Translations under genes and position numbers: made by a program
Shown here: positions 12,052 to 24,000 of the stretch, piece by piece
How the letters are laid out: each line of letters starts with the position of its first letter
Position numbering within the stretch: position 1 is the stretch's first letter
Assembly: GCA_964035575.1 (NCBI GenBank)
Contig: OZ037841.1
Span: 372,001-436,000, forward strand
Length of the DNA: 64,000 nucleotides
Reading direction: 5' to 3'
DNA from: Rhynchopus sp. YZ270_cl-10
Taxonomy: Eukaryota
Notes under the pieces: model-generated
The model's input: only the letters and a program-made list of their open reading frames with translations
What the model was told of the DNA's origin: nothing
Databases searched by the model: none

Positions 12052-12476
12052 TGCGTATCAACTTTGTCGCTTTTTGGATCAAAAAAATGTTGATTTAAAA
12101 AAAATCAAAGTAAATAACGCACCTCCGACTGACCCACTATGCCAGCCTCGGATGAAAGCACAAAAAAAAAAAAGACAAATTTGCAGCGACAGACCTAACT
12201 CGCATGCAATTTGGGTCGCTTTGAGTGAACGAAGCGCATTTTTGAGTGTTTTCCTTTTCTGTTGGTGGTGCTGAAACAGCGATATTTTTAAAGGGAGCAA
12301 TAGAGTGCCATAGGGAGGTAGGGAGAGACAGAGGTGAGTGAATCAAATGAAAGGGAAGACAATGTAGGCAGGTGTTTTCGAGGCAGGCTTTGAGGTAGGC
12401 CTCGCCTTTGGTAAGCAAGGAGCTGACCGGGAATTAGTTCGTTCACATTTCTTTTTTTTTGTCCAAGGCTTGGGGG

Positions 12477-13218
12477 CAGGGCACTAGCTAGACTTTTTTT
12501 CCCCCGTTTTTTTGCGGTTTTGCGGTTTCAAAAAAATTTTCGCGCGGCGACAAACTAGAAGGGAAAACACACGAATGAGGGACGGGGAGATTTTGGGAAG
12601 GGGTTATTTACAGGGCATTTTTTACGGGGCTAAACCCGACTGACCCCTGGTGTAATCTCCTGCCAACTTCATTGCATGTATCAGAATGCTTCTGTGCGTG
12701 AGCATGAGTTGCCGCATGGTCTGCAAGCTTCCGACGTTTGCACATACTCCCCCCAGTCTCCTGTTTGCTGTCAACCATTCTATCACATACTCCTCCATGT
12801 TCGCGGTGGCACGCCGGCTCACTAAGCTCTGACTGATCGTGGACCACCCCTCTACCTGAATCGATTGCATTTTCGGTTGCAAAATGCAACTGTCCAAATT
12901 GCAAGGGGATTCCCGAAGACATTGTAAAATAATAAATGGCGCCGCAGGCAAAAAAAATATGGGTTAACTCCGCGAGCGAAGCGAGCGGAAATTTTTTTGG
13001 GGTGTACTTCCGTGAGCGCAGCGAGCAGAAAAAAATTAAGGTGCTATCATGCCAGTCATCTGGGGGTCGGGCGAGGGGGTCCGACAGTGCACAAAACCCC
13101 ACACATTTTTTTTTCTTCTGCCCCGAGATTTTCCGTTTTTTTTTTTTTTTCCCGCCAAACCGCAAAACCGGGTTTTTGCGGTTTTGAAACCGCAAAAAAG
13201 CACCTAGCTAGTGCCCTG
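12477..13218. mobile_element. hAT-like non-autonomous DNA transposon
   Basis: 15-bp TIR CAGGGCACTAGCTAG. 8-bp TSD CTTGGGGG at 12469-12476 and 13219-13226. Subterminal TTTTGCGG repeats. Confidence 0.9.
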
Positions 13219-13882
13219 CTTGGGGGAGAGTGGGTCACATAACATAGTTACTTTCAATTCACGAGAACAAGAGGAGAGGGCAGATAAAGTGCATCATTAA
13301 AGGGGTCCAGCGATTATGTACGTTTTGGAAACGTAAATAATTGGACCCCCTAAAAATGCCGAGGAAAAAAAGAATAAGACAGAAGATACCGATTGCACAG
13401 TGCCCATATCACAACCCACAACCCCCACGGCACACACGGGTTTTTGTAGACTTTCACAGAAAACAAAATATAAAATAAAATAAAAGTTTGTGAGATGAAC
13501 CTAAGCATTTCGTGCTTAGCTTTAAAAAGCAAAAAAAAAAACGTTGTTACATGAATGTGTCTTCTTGTGTATTCAATACCACTATCGTGCGGTATCATCG
13601 TGCGGTTTTTTTCCATTGAACGCAGCCAAATAAGGTGTCAAAATCTATTTGGCTCGTGAGGATGAATTTTCAGGAGATTATATTAAGTGAATCATTGGCT
13701 TGCTTTTGTTGGTTCCAATTATAAGGGGGGGAGGAGGAAGTCACATTTTCTATCATTCGAAAAGAAGAAAATTTGCAAAGCTGAATGTACCTTTCGTTCA
13801 CACACATATTTAAGAAGACACGGTGCATCTTGAGAGAAAATTAACGCCACACACACACATTGTTTGACAAAGAAAACTATAT

Positions 13883-14499
13883 GGGTGAATGCGTAAAACC
13901 CCCCCTCCCCTAAATTTCACTACGATTTTTGATTTTTTTTTATTTCTGTTGGGAGGCTATGAGAGGTCGAGGTGCATGTACAAGGGGTGTTTGGGGGGTC
14001 TGGGGGGCCTGGGGACCCTGGGAGGGTGTTTTGGGGTCTTTTTTATGATGTGCGACGCTTTTTTGGACATGAACGTGTATTGTGGCCCGTCTTACCACAG
14101 GTTTTACACGTTTTATGTGAAACTGAGGAAACTGAAGAAATAAAAGACCGCGTTCTCTTAGCCATGCGGTGACGGGCGGTCATCTCTTCTTCTTCTTGAG
14201 GGACAGGATCGTGCTCCTCGTCAGAGGAGTCACCGATTATATCAAGGTAGCTGTTGAGTCCAACTCTGGGCATTCTTTATGCGTCTATCTGTTCTGGGGG
14301 TAGGGAGTAAAAATAGCCCAAAAACACGTAAAAATACCCCAAAATGGGTCAAAATAAGTATATTTTTTCCCAAAAGCCCCCAAAACCCGCCGGAAAATGG
14401 TTTTGGGGGTGGTTCTGGGCAGTTTTCGGCGCTGATTTCTGGTAAAACCTCAAAAATCGTAGTGAAATTTAGGGGAGGGGGGGTTTTACGCATCGACCC
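13883..14499. mobile_element. TIR element flanked by ATAT, carrying a small zinc-knuckle ORF
   Basis: About 50-bp TIR GGGT(GA/CG)ATGCGTAAAACCCCCCCTCCCCTAAATTTCACTACGATTTTTGA. ATAT directly flanks both ends. Confidence 0.9.
14043..14273 (-). CDS. 76-aa ORF with acidic N-terminus and CCHC zinc knuckle, probably an internally deleted transposon gene
   Basis: CKTCGKTGHNTRSC fits CX2CX4HX4C and is followed by an NLS-like PKKRR. The ORF lies inside the 13883-14499 TIR element. Confidence 0.55.
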   Translation of the reverse strand: MPRVGLNSYLDIIGDSSDEEHDPVPQEEEEMTARHRMAKRTRSFISSVSSVSHKTCKTCGKTGHNTRSCPKKRRTS

Positions 14500-14684
14500 A
14501 TATAATCACTCATCATTCGGTCATTCTTTTCAGAAAATTTTAAAGGTAGTGTGGAGCACACCCTGGGAGAGGCATGTTTCTACACTACAAAAAAATTTCA
14601 AAAAAATGAACGCTTCCCCAACTCTGGACACAAGAAAACCTTGAAAAGCTCTTGTGCCCACCTACTCCCATATGCGGATAGCAT

Positions 14685-17557
14685 CTAGCTAATGTAGAGT
14701 ACTTCTTCAGCACCGAGCCCCTCTGTAAGCGAGGTGTACCTGGCAGCAACACCTTCAAGGCCTTCGCCATCGTAGCTCACGAGGGGCGAAATCTCGACCC
14801 TGCGTGTGCCAGCGTCGACACCGACAGCGGCAAGCCACTTCTTGTGCAGAGCGTAGAGATCAGCCAGCGCTGTCTTCGCGGTGTCCTGTGTGTGTTGTTT
14901 TTCAACGTCGGCTACCTTTCAGCTTTTAAGGTGTGGTGTTAAAAAGAAACGTTTGTGAGATGAAGATTAGTCACCCTAATTGGTGTAGACACCGAAATAA
15001 ACTGACCCACCCACTGATGCCACGGAGAGACCCAAAAGACATAAAAAAAGGAGCGGTGTGCATACCCTTGGCTTGTCATCAGAGTTCTTTATCGCACTGA
15101 ACTCGGTTGCACGGTCGACCTGGAAATTGGGTATGGTGTGGGAGAGGTCGAGGGAATTTAGAAAACCGGACAAATACTATCGTGCCAACTAGTCCTTAGG
15201 AAAAGATTAGTGAGTGTTTTGTTTTTGGCCTAAAAGAGGTTTCCTCTTCACTGCCAGGTAGTGGGAGCGTATTGCAGTAATAAAAACATCACCACAGAAT
15301 ATTTATTACACACTTTACGCACAAACAAAAAAACTATGGCAATGCGTTACCCCGCTAGAAGCGAGTTGAGGTGCGAAGACACCGATTGGCCGGACGTCCC
15401 GGAATTGATCACCGGATCATCTCACTTCACTTCTTTCCAGGCAATAGACGGTTGTCTTCGCACACTGTCAGGAGGTACTCGAGGATTCGACCACATGCCC
15501 ATGCAAGGGAAAGGTACACGTGGACTGTGTGAAGACGAATACTCAGGGTAGCACCCGCTTCGTCAATGGCGACGTGGGATGCCCGGTCTGTTCTTGGAGG
15601 GCGGCCAAGGCCGTCTTTCCTCCTGCACCCACGGACGCTGAGACTCAGGAGCCAAGTCTCCAAGAACAGCTTGAGACCTTCCCGGTCAGTCATCGACCAC
15701 TCTTAACTCGGTTGATCGAATCGAACGACGCCCTGATCCGGGCCCAACAGGTCCAACAGACCAAGCAAAACACGATCCCTATCTGCGGACTCCCAGTGGG
15801 TTTCGACGCAAGTGCCTAACACATGCATGGCTCGAGCACATCGGCCACCCCTACCGTCTTGAATCGGCCGCAGCTATTTTTTGTAGAAATCTCTTTGGTG
15901 TAAAGTGCTTTGTTGTACAAACATCGTCTCAGTTGGCTTTCTTTCATGTCTCGTTTCTTATCACATTGCAAGGGGGGAAAATCGTTATGATACCTTCAAC
16001 AGCCCAAACTTTTTCGATACAGCGAAGGCGTCGAAGATGAATGCCTCCATCTTCATCCCTTTCACCTTCCCGTCAAGTGTGGGGATGTCCTTCAGTGCAC
16101 GGTGCCACACTGTCGACCTGTAAAAGAAAACATAAATAATAAATAGGTAAAAACCCTCTACCACCCCTACCCCTACCCCTACCCTTACCTCTATGACACC
16201 TATAAAAGTAAAAATAATTTTGTACGAGTATGCAATACGTCTGGAAATGAAAGACGCGCTCGTCGGTTGTCATGAGTTTTACCGTTCTCCCCTTCCTTGT
16301 GCTCCACCTCTCCCCCGTACTTCAGGACGCGGGTTTTTTTTGAAACCTTTTGCATTAGTGTATACACCCTCAGGCGTTCCACTCTTTCCCATTCAAAAAG
16401 AAACGTACATTATATGCAGTTCCGCACCGTAAGAGAACGGAGGCGGTTCACCGCTAAGCCACACAACATCCTTAGACCCCTTGGAAACAATAAGCATACC
16501 GCTGGCTGTACTCCATTGCAGGCCCCTTTAAAAACGCCAGCGAGTAGCAGTGGATGGCGGGGTTCGCAGCGCCGTAGAGCAATGCCCCGGAGGGGCTGGT
16601 TTCGGCACTCCGCGCCTCGCCTATCTCTGAGTACTCAATCACGCCGTACGCGCCGTCTCTGCAGGCAAACACACCTACTGCCTCAGACGCATCCTTCTTC
16701 GCAATGGTCTTCGATGCTGCGTCCACACCACGCTCCGCACAGAAGCCGTAGAACACCGGATCTGCTACACGAACCAACACATTGTCCACCGAAAACACCT
16801 GCATCCACTCCACACCTCTCTCCTCCATAAACGTCAACGCCCCGCCACGGTCCAACCCATTGTAGATCCCACCATTACCATCAGGGGACAGACAGAGCGC
16901 CCCCTTCTCAGCCAGGAGCATTTTCCCAGAGAGGTCGAGACACGGCATGCGGCCCTGTTTGAAGAAGTGTACCTGGTCTCGTTTCAGTTCAAAGAAACTG
17001 CGGGATTCAAAAAACTGTTGTGTCACGTCGTGCGTCGCGTCGGATGTCATTACCAGAAAAGGAATGGATGGGGTGGACTCAGGGTGGGCCTCCTTCGCCA
17101 AAGCCTCCAACCGCTTAATACGGAGTGCCTGCAGGGCGAATAGAGAGTATTTTCCTAACAACCCAATATCTGCGCCAGATTCTTCTCCATCTCCGAGAAT
17201 TCCTTTGGGAAAGCTGTGGCCAAGGCGGGTTCCTTGTCCTCCAGCCATGACGGTGGCCGCGCATTTTCCCTGAGAGATAAGCTTTAAGCCAAGAGCATGC
17301 CATCTGGCCTTGTCTGCAGGGTCCGTTGCGTCGCCCATATCCGCTTCTGCGGGGGGTGTGATGGTGGGGGAGTGGTTGCTGGCCTGGGCAGCCTCGGCCA
17401 CTTCCACCAGTGTTGCGATCTTCGCCAGCCCAATGCGGGCTTCCACTTCAGCAATCTCCGCATCCAGCCCGGCACGCTGCTCCGCACTCAAATCAACATA
17501 ATGTTCTAAAACCTGCTCCTGACCGACAGCCTTCAAAGCCTCCAAATGAGAGGACAT
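14685..17557 (-). CDS. UAP1: UDP-N-acetylglucosamine pyrophosphorylase; exons 17557-16500, 16117-15994, 15119-15066, 14885-14685
   Basis: MAGGQGTRLG..FPKG, FLVMTS, SPDGNGG, SVDNVL..ADP and EYSE. Downstream exons give KMEAFIFDAF, VDRATEFSAIKN and EISPLVSYDGEGL, all joined in frame by GT-AG introns. Confidence 0.93.
15336..15819 (+). pseudogene. Frameshifted RING/PHD-like zinc-finger ORF, antisense within UAP1 intron 2
   Basis: MAMRYP...AIDGC, then in a shifted frame AHCQEVLEDSTTCPCKGKVHVDCV...GCPVCSW. GC-rich island inside an 874-nt intron. Confidence 0.4.
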
Positions 17558-19281
17558 ATTTGCTGGAGGAGAAACAGCAGAAGGGAGTAGAAGTGGGGTT
17601 ATTTCTGTAGGGTGGAAAATTGTTATTCAAAAAAAAAACACAAAAAATGGGCTTTTGAAGATGAGGCTCTGCGTTTTGTCACTCAATGAAAAGATTTCAA
17701 AATACGTTGTTCTGCTAGGATGAAAAGCTGTGAGAAGTTGAAAGGTGCAAAAACGCTTCTCACAACCCAAGCACTGTTAAAAGTTTGAGGGTATTTTTTT
17801 TTTTTTTTTCATTTTTGTTGTTGTTGTTTTCAGCGTGGTAGGGGATGGGTTTTTTGTGAGGAGGTGAGGGATTGAGTGTTTCGCGAAACGAGGGGAAAGG
17901 GTGGTTGGTACACAGAGAAACCCTTATTTTCACGTCAAAAGCGATTTGCCACACGTCAATGGTGACAACGGATCGCTTCATCAGACCCAAACCGACCCCC
18001 CGAAGTGGCACGGCACGCTGGTCACATTTGTGACTAGGTCACACCGGTCTATTACCTGGTCATGTGACCAGGTATCCTGTGACCAGCGCACTGTGGGTGT
18101 GTGGGGGCGATTAACGTAAATATGTAAAGAGTGAGTTGAAAGTGCAAACGCCTCACCATACAAAAACAATGTTTAAGACCTCATAAAGTCTCAAGTTGTG
18201 CAACAGAATTTGTACGGTCCAACATTTGTTGCGGTTCATCTCCTATACGACACAACATTTTGTATATTTACGGTAACTCAGTGAGAACTTTTGGGGATGA
18301 GTTCCCCTCCCGGGATGAAGTTCGTGGTAGAGACAAAACATTATAAAAGCGAAAGGAACTGGGGGGGTTTGAAAATGTTTTTTTTTTTTTGAAAGTGCTT
18401 TTGTGCTCTGTTTGGGGGGGTCGTGTTCACAAATAAAAATGGTTATTTGAGTAATAGTGAACTGAAAGCACTGCAAAAAAAAATAAGAGGGAAAAAAAAA
18501 TATCTACGTCACTGTAAACAGCATTATGCTTCATAAACACCTAGAATAGTTAGATTCATATACTTTCAGTTCACAGAATTGAAAGTATTTGAGAGGGTCA
18601 ACTCTAGAATAGAATAGACAATGCGCACTTGCGGCCCACCACTCCATGGTTTTGACACGCGTTGCGTGACGAAAATGAGCAGCCACATAACTCTTTAACT
18701 GTGAAATGACGCTGTGCACCTGCCCAAGCAATCTACTGAGTAATACTCATATGGCTCAGTCTATAACCCCCCTTCCCTCCCAAAGGTAACGCCATACACT
18801 TTCTACACACGAAATCATGAGGGGGTGTACAATGTACTCCCGTTGTTTATAAAAGGGTTCAATAACAAAAAACAGACACAAGAGCGGATTGCTCTTCTTT
18901 ACTCGTGGAGGGTATGAAAAAGTGGCTGCACCGTATGTCTTGTGATTTCTTCTGAAATATTTTTGCTGCGGTGGGTGGGTGGGGGGGGGTAAAAATACAG
19001 AAATAGAAGCAATACAGCCATCTGTCCTAATGGGGTAGCGAGGTTGGTTATTCGTTTGGACAAAAAGCTGAAAAAAAAAAACGCGGCAGTCTATTACTCT
19101 TAAGATTGCAATTTAGGAAAAGGTAGAAAAAATATTGCAAAAAAAATAAAACAAAACAAAAAGGGTTACGCAAAAAAGCAAAAAAGCAAAAAAAAAGGAA
19201 AAAGAGAAAAGTGAACGTTTTTCTTCAGTGCAGACAACGGATACCGATGTAGGCACAAAAAAAAGGGGGGGGGGGGGCATA

Positions 19282-20067
19282 GGGGCGGTCATATCCTGTA
19301 TTAAAAGTGTGAGAAAATGACATTTTTCAAAATGTTGTCAAAAGCGATTCTAAGGTAAAAAAAAGTAGAAAATCCACCCCACAGGCCCAAAAAAATGTGG
19401 TGTGCCCCGTTTTCCACCCTTTTTGTGCCTCTCAGGGGCCCAAATCACAGTTTTTTAAAAATTGCCTACATGTGGTACCTGAGTGCCCCCTTGGTTTGCC
19501 CTTCAGGTTGACTATGAAACAGAAAACACCCCAATATGGCCCAGAACATAGAGCAAAGGGTATATTTCACCCCCAAAACCCCACAGGAGACCCACAGAAC
19601 CGTTACTGGGGTGTTTCGTGACACCTGTTGGGGCTCAAACCTCATAAAACCTGAAACACCGGTCAGGCAGTGAAAATAGGCCAAAATAGGCCAAAATAGC
19701 CTGAAAATGGCCTAAAAACGCCCATATTTTATTTCAAACACCCAGAAAGTTGCAGAAACCCGATTCCAGGGTGGTCCTGGGCACCTGTGGGGGCGCATGC
19801 CCCATAAAACATCAAAAAAACGGTGTGGAACCGGTGTGGGAGGGTGTTTTTGCAAATTGCCCACAAATAGCCTGCCTCAGGTACCACTGGTAGGCAATTT
19901 TTTAAAAACCGCGATTTGGGTACCTGAGAGGCACAAAAAGGGTGGAAAGCGGGGCACACCACATTTTTTTGGGCCTGTGGGGTGGATTTTCTTGGTTTTT
20001 ACCCTTTTTGTGGGGTTTTCGGGCATTTTTGAAAAATGTCATTTTCTCACATAGATATGACCCCCCC
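19282..20067. mobile_element. Long-TIR foldback element with TA TSD
   Basis: Ends GGGG(C/G)GGTCATATC..TGTGAGAAAATGACATTTTTCAAAA. The inverted similarity extends about 200 bp inward (AAAATCCACCCCACAGGCCCAAAAAAATGTGGTGTGCCCCG). TA on both sides. Confidence 0.8.
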
Positions 20068-20069
20068 TA

Positions 20070-20288
20070 GGCATAGTGTGCAGACGAACATTTTTGGTTC
20101 GTCGACGAACAAAATGTTCGTCGGTTTTGTTCGTCGATGTTCGTCGACGAACATCGACGAACATCGACGAACAGGTCCCTGCCACAAGGGCAACCCACGA
20201 CGAACAACGACGAACATCGACGAACAAAAATTTTTTTTCCCCCCACGACGAACATCGACGAACATTTTGTTCGTCTGCACACTATGCC
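20070..20288. mobile_element. MITE with TA TSD and internal CGACGAACAT repeats
   Basis: TIR GGCATAGTGTGCAGACGAACA. TA at 20068-69 and 20289-90. Confidence 0.9.
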
Positions 20289-21014
20289 TAGGGGGGGGGC
20301 ACCCAAAAAAAAAAATTCCCCTCCTATCCCAAAAAAAAGACCCATGGTAGCTCAGTTTTCAGCAACTGTCTCACCCCCCTAAATTACAAAAAAATACCCC
20401 CCCAAAAAAAATCAAGCTAATTCACAATACAGGGTAAGATCGTGTGTGGGGCGTTATAGCCCCAGCAACGAGAAGGAAAAAGAAAAAATTGGCTGGTAAA
20501 CAGCGCGCCCCACACCACACACAGCGGCGCATATCACGAGAAAAGAACAAAATGTGTTCAAATAGTTCAAATACACCCTCACGAAGTGCAAAACACATTC
20601 GGGAAAGAACGCGATTATGAGATGAACCCGAAGCCTCTCCGTGTGTAGCTGCTCTACATCTCATTCTTGAAGATAACCACGAGGGCTTACACATGGTACA
20701 CCCTCTATCCATATCGCCTACTGTGTGCAGAAGTTTGACTTGCCATACAAAGCCCACCTCTGTGACAGTACCTTGGTACATGACTGGTGCGGGTAGACCC
20801 TAACCATGCAATCCTACATCGAGGTGTACACAAGCAGAAGATGGCCAAGCGTTCATATGCACACTCACGAACCCATAAGGGGGACGCAGAACCGAACGAC
20901 ACAGAGCGTTTCAAGGCCCTTCAGTTTGTTTTTTTTAAAGCTAGACCCAACCATCGTTAGACGTTTGAGAGACACATGCCTCCACTATGGCACAACGCAC
21001 TCACATTCACTGCA

Positions 21015-24000
21015 TCACATCTCCTTCGGTGGGAAGGTAGGATCGGTTGCGTCTCCTGTTCTCCGACGTTTGATGTCGCGTGTGTCCTCCTCACCTACAG
21101 AGCAGGTCTCCCATGCGTCATCGCGTGGTTCGGGCTCGCGTTCACGAGGCTGCTTCTCGCGGGCAGTGTCTGGGGAGGCGGCGGCGAAGGGGCGGGTGGT
21201 GCAGGCAAGGCGGTCTTTGGCTTGCTGTGCTTGGAAGGTTTGTTCTTGCTGGGCGCGGGGCTGTTGTGCTTGGGTTTGTGCCTGAGCGCGGATTTGTGCT
21301 TGTTGCGCCTGTTGTGCCTGTGCTTGCTTTGCGCGTGCCAGTTCCTGTGCATGCAACCTCCTCTGCTCAATCTCTCTAGCCTCCCTCTCCTTCGCCTCCC
21401 TCTCGGCACGCAGGACACGCTCCTTCCGCTCCTCCTCAGCGTTCTCGGCCTGCACCCGCTCGAGCACGTCGCTCAGATCAGGCCACTTAGCAGGCTCGCA
21501 CCAATCCATACCCTCCGCCTGCAGAGAGGGGTTTGTGAAAAGGTGCGTGTCAAATAATAGTTCGACTTGAAATACAAGCCTCTCGTGACAGTGTACCTAA
21601 AAAATATGCAGGAAAAAGGGGGAGGAAAAAAGTAGGAAAGTCGTTGTGCTGTCGTGTCGGTGTTGGTCGGGGTGGTGGTGGGGGGGAAAGTTGTGTTGTG
21701 TGCGTGCATACCCCGTGCTTCACGTAGACCAGAAGGTACACATCCCGTTGGTAGTCCTGCAGCACCGCTGCCTCTGACTTCCTAGTAACCAGGTCATCGT
21801 TGAAGTGCAGCCACTCCCTGCAGAGAAGAAAAAAAGAAAAGTTTATAAGATGATCCTAAGCCTCTCGTGCTTAGTCACCTAAATGAAAAAAAGAAGAAGT
21901 TGATCAAAAAACGTATTACTGAGTCACCCAAATGAACAAAACAAGCCCATTCTAACATACCCTGTCTCCCTGTGTCTGCACAGCGATGTGTAGTGGCCGT
22001 ACTGGATGTCCACACCGTGGTGGCACACGACTGCGAGCAGCTTGTAGGAGTGGTTCTTTGCCCCACCTCCATCACCTGCACCCTCTTCCGTAGGAAGGAT
22101 GTCCGAAGGGAACGACGCTGTCTGCGTCTGTGTCTGCGAATCGTCTGCGAAGATACCCCTTGGGTTGAGCAGCGTGGGGTGCAGCGGATCGTTGCCCGGC
22201 GTCGAGCAGGGTGACCCTGCCTGGATGACGGGGCTTGCAAGCTGGCACCCCTTCTTCGCACTCACACCACGCGCTGCAATGTGCTGACTCAGGTTAAAGT
22301 CCTCGGCCGGAAACTTCACTGCATGCCGTAACCTTGTGGATATCCCATTTTTACACGAAAACCGCTTAATATGCACAAACAGAAGGTTCGGAACTGACCA
22401 AATCTCAAACTTCTTCTTCGCCAACCTCGACTCCTTGCAACGTGGACAATACCAAGAGTTGTGTTCATCCAAGGCCTCAACCGAGGTAAACCTTTCCAGG
22501 CATTCCCCTAGGGTGTATGTCCGGTTTTCTAGGGCGTGCTTTGCTTGGACCTGGCGGGCGTTGCTTTCGTGCTCGATGAGGTGTTCGGCGCTGTTGAGTG
22601 CATTGGTGTTCTTCACGGTGATGTCGTCGTACGCAAAGACGAAGGTGAGACGCAGCCTCTCCTGCTCTTCCGTCAAACGCGACGGAGGTGGCGATGTCTC
22701 TCTGGTTGGTGGGTCCTTCCTCGGTTTCTCTGAGGCAAGCGGTTCAAAACAGACTTTCAAGACAATAGGGCGTTTGGTTAAATGCTCGATCCCTTGCCTC
22801 GTACGGCAGTGCCCAAGGAAGTATTGCTGCACAACATCGCCTTTATTGCAATACCCAACATAGTCCGGGAGTGCAGCGAAGTCTGCGGGTTGCGTTAATT
22901 CCAGGTCTCCCTCAGACGGCGATTCGCTCATCGCGTCGTCAGAGTTTTCGTAGAATGAGGGCGGCTGGGCGAGCGCTGCAGAGGCTTCACGTTGTTGCAG
23001 TGAGTGTTGATGTGCAATGTGCACGCAGATACTTTCTGGTGACTCATTCACCCAATTCTGCGGCAAGAGGTCGAGGTACTCCGGCGGGATGAAGCTCTCA
23101 AGGATCAGGACGTCCTCATTGTCCACCACCCCGAGAGAATCCGACAGCCTCGCCGTGAAGCTGTGGCCACTCAAATCCGACGTATTATAAGAGTCTTCCA
23201 ACTCTTCCTTCAAATTCTGAAACGCAGGATTCATGTCCAGCGCTGTCCCGGCAGTGTAGGGTCTGTTGACAGCATGGGGAACGCAAAATGGATAGACCGG
23301 ACATCCCGCGCATGCAGCAGAACAGACAAAACAGCGATCCTGCTCGGTTTCATCAAAATCCCCGGTAAAAATCTGGATAGAATTCTTTTTTGCGCGAAGG
23401 GGTCCTCCTGATTCAAAGAGACGCTCGTACGCTGCTGCATACTCCGCCCTCTTTTGAGTTGAAGCATTGACAACATCCGCCTTGGGGGGACCTACGTATT
23501 CATTTTCAATTCCTAACCTCCGGTGAATTTCTCTGGTTAAGTACAATGCATTCACCTGCTGTTCCGGCACTGCAAGAAGAATCGGGTGAAGCGACGAAGC
23601 AACCGTGATATCCTCATGCAGATTCACAACAACCGGCACAATCAACTCCTCCTCCTCCCCTTGCACCTCCGGCTTCCTCGACTCGAATATCCCCAACCAA
23701 CAATACTCTTGCTGATGCTGCCTCGAAAACTGCAGCGTTTTTTCAATCATCAACACCTCAAGACTTTCCCTATAATGCGCGCACGAATGAGGTGCAAACA
23801 CTATCTTTTGTCCACGGTACTGCACCTGCCCACAGAGCTGATTGTAGTACCCCCTCTCATAAGAACGGCCCTTCTCCCCTTTCCCTTTACGCAACAGACG
23901 GTAGGTGGTGTCAATGAGGTCTGTGAGGAGATGGTTTGGGTCTACCTGTTTACGGAATAGAATTGGCTTCGCTTTTGCGGGGTAACCTTCCGGGAAGAAG

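Noticed and set aside
12622..12951. 109-aa minus-strand ORF inside the hAT-like element
   Set aside because: No identifiable motif. It could be a transposase or captured fragment, but I cannot support that from sequence alone.
13486..13520. Family B as single-hairpin H/ACA snoRNA (ACA 3 nt from the end in the CTCACAAAC variant)
   Set aside because: Too short, no pseudouridylation pocket, and the ACA is not conserved (ATA in most copies).
16160..16190. (CCCCTA)n telomere-like repeat in UAP1 intron 1
   Set aside because: Only about four imperfect units, so a simple microsatellite is sufficient explanation.
17925..18120. Cluster of GTCAC/GTGAC palindromes as a MITE
   Set aside because: No convincing TIR or TSD could be defined.
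20085..20275. CGACGAACAT tandem repeats and their ORFs as a repeat protein or array
   Set aside because: They are subterminal repeats inside a TIR/TSD-bounded MITE. The ORFs are symmetric artefacts on both strands.
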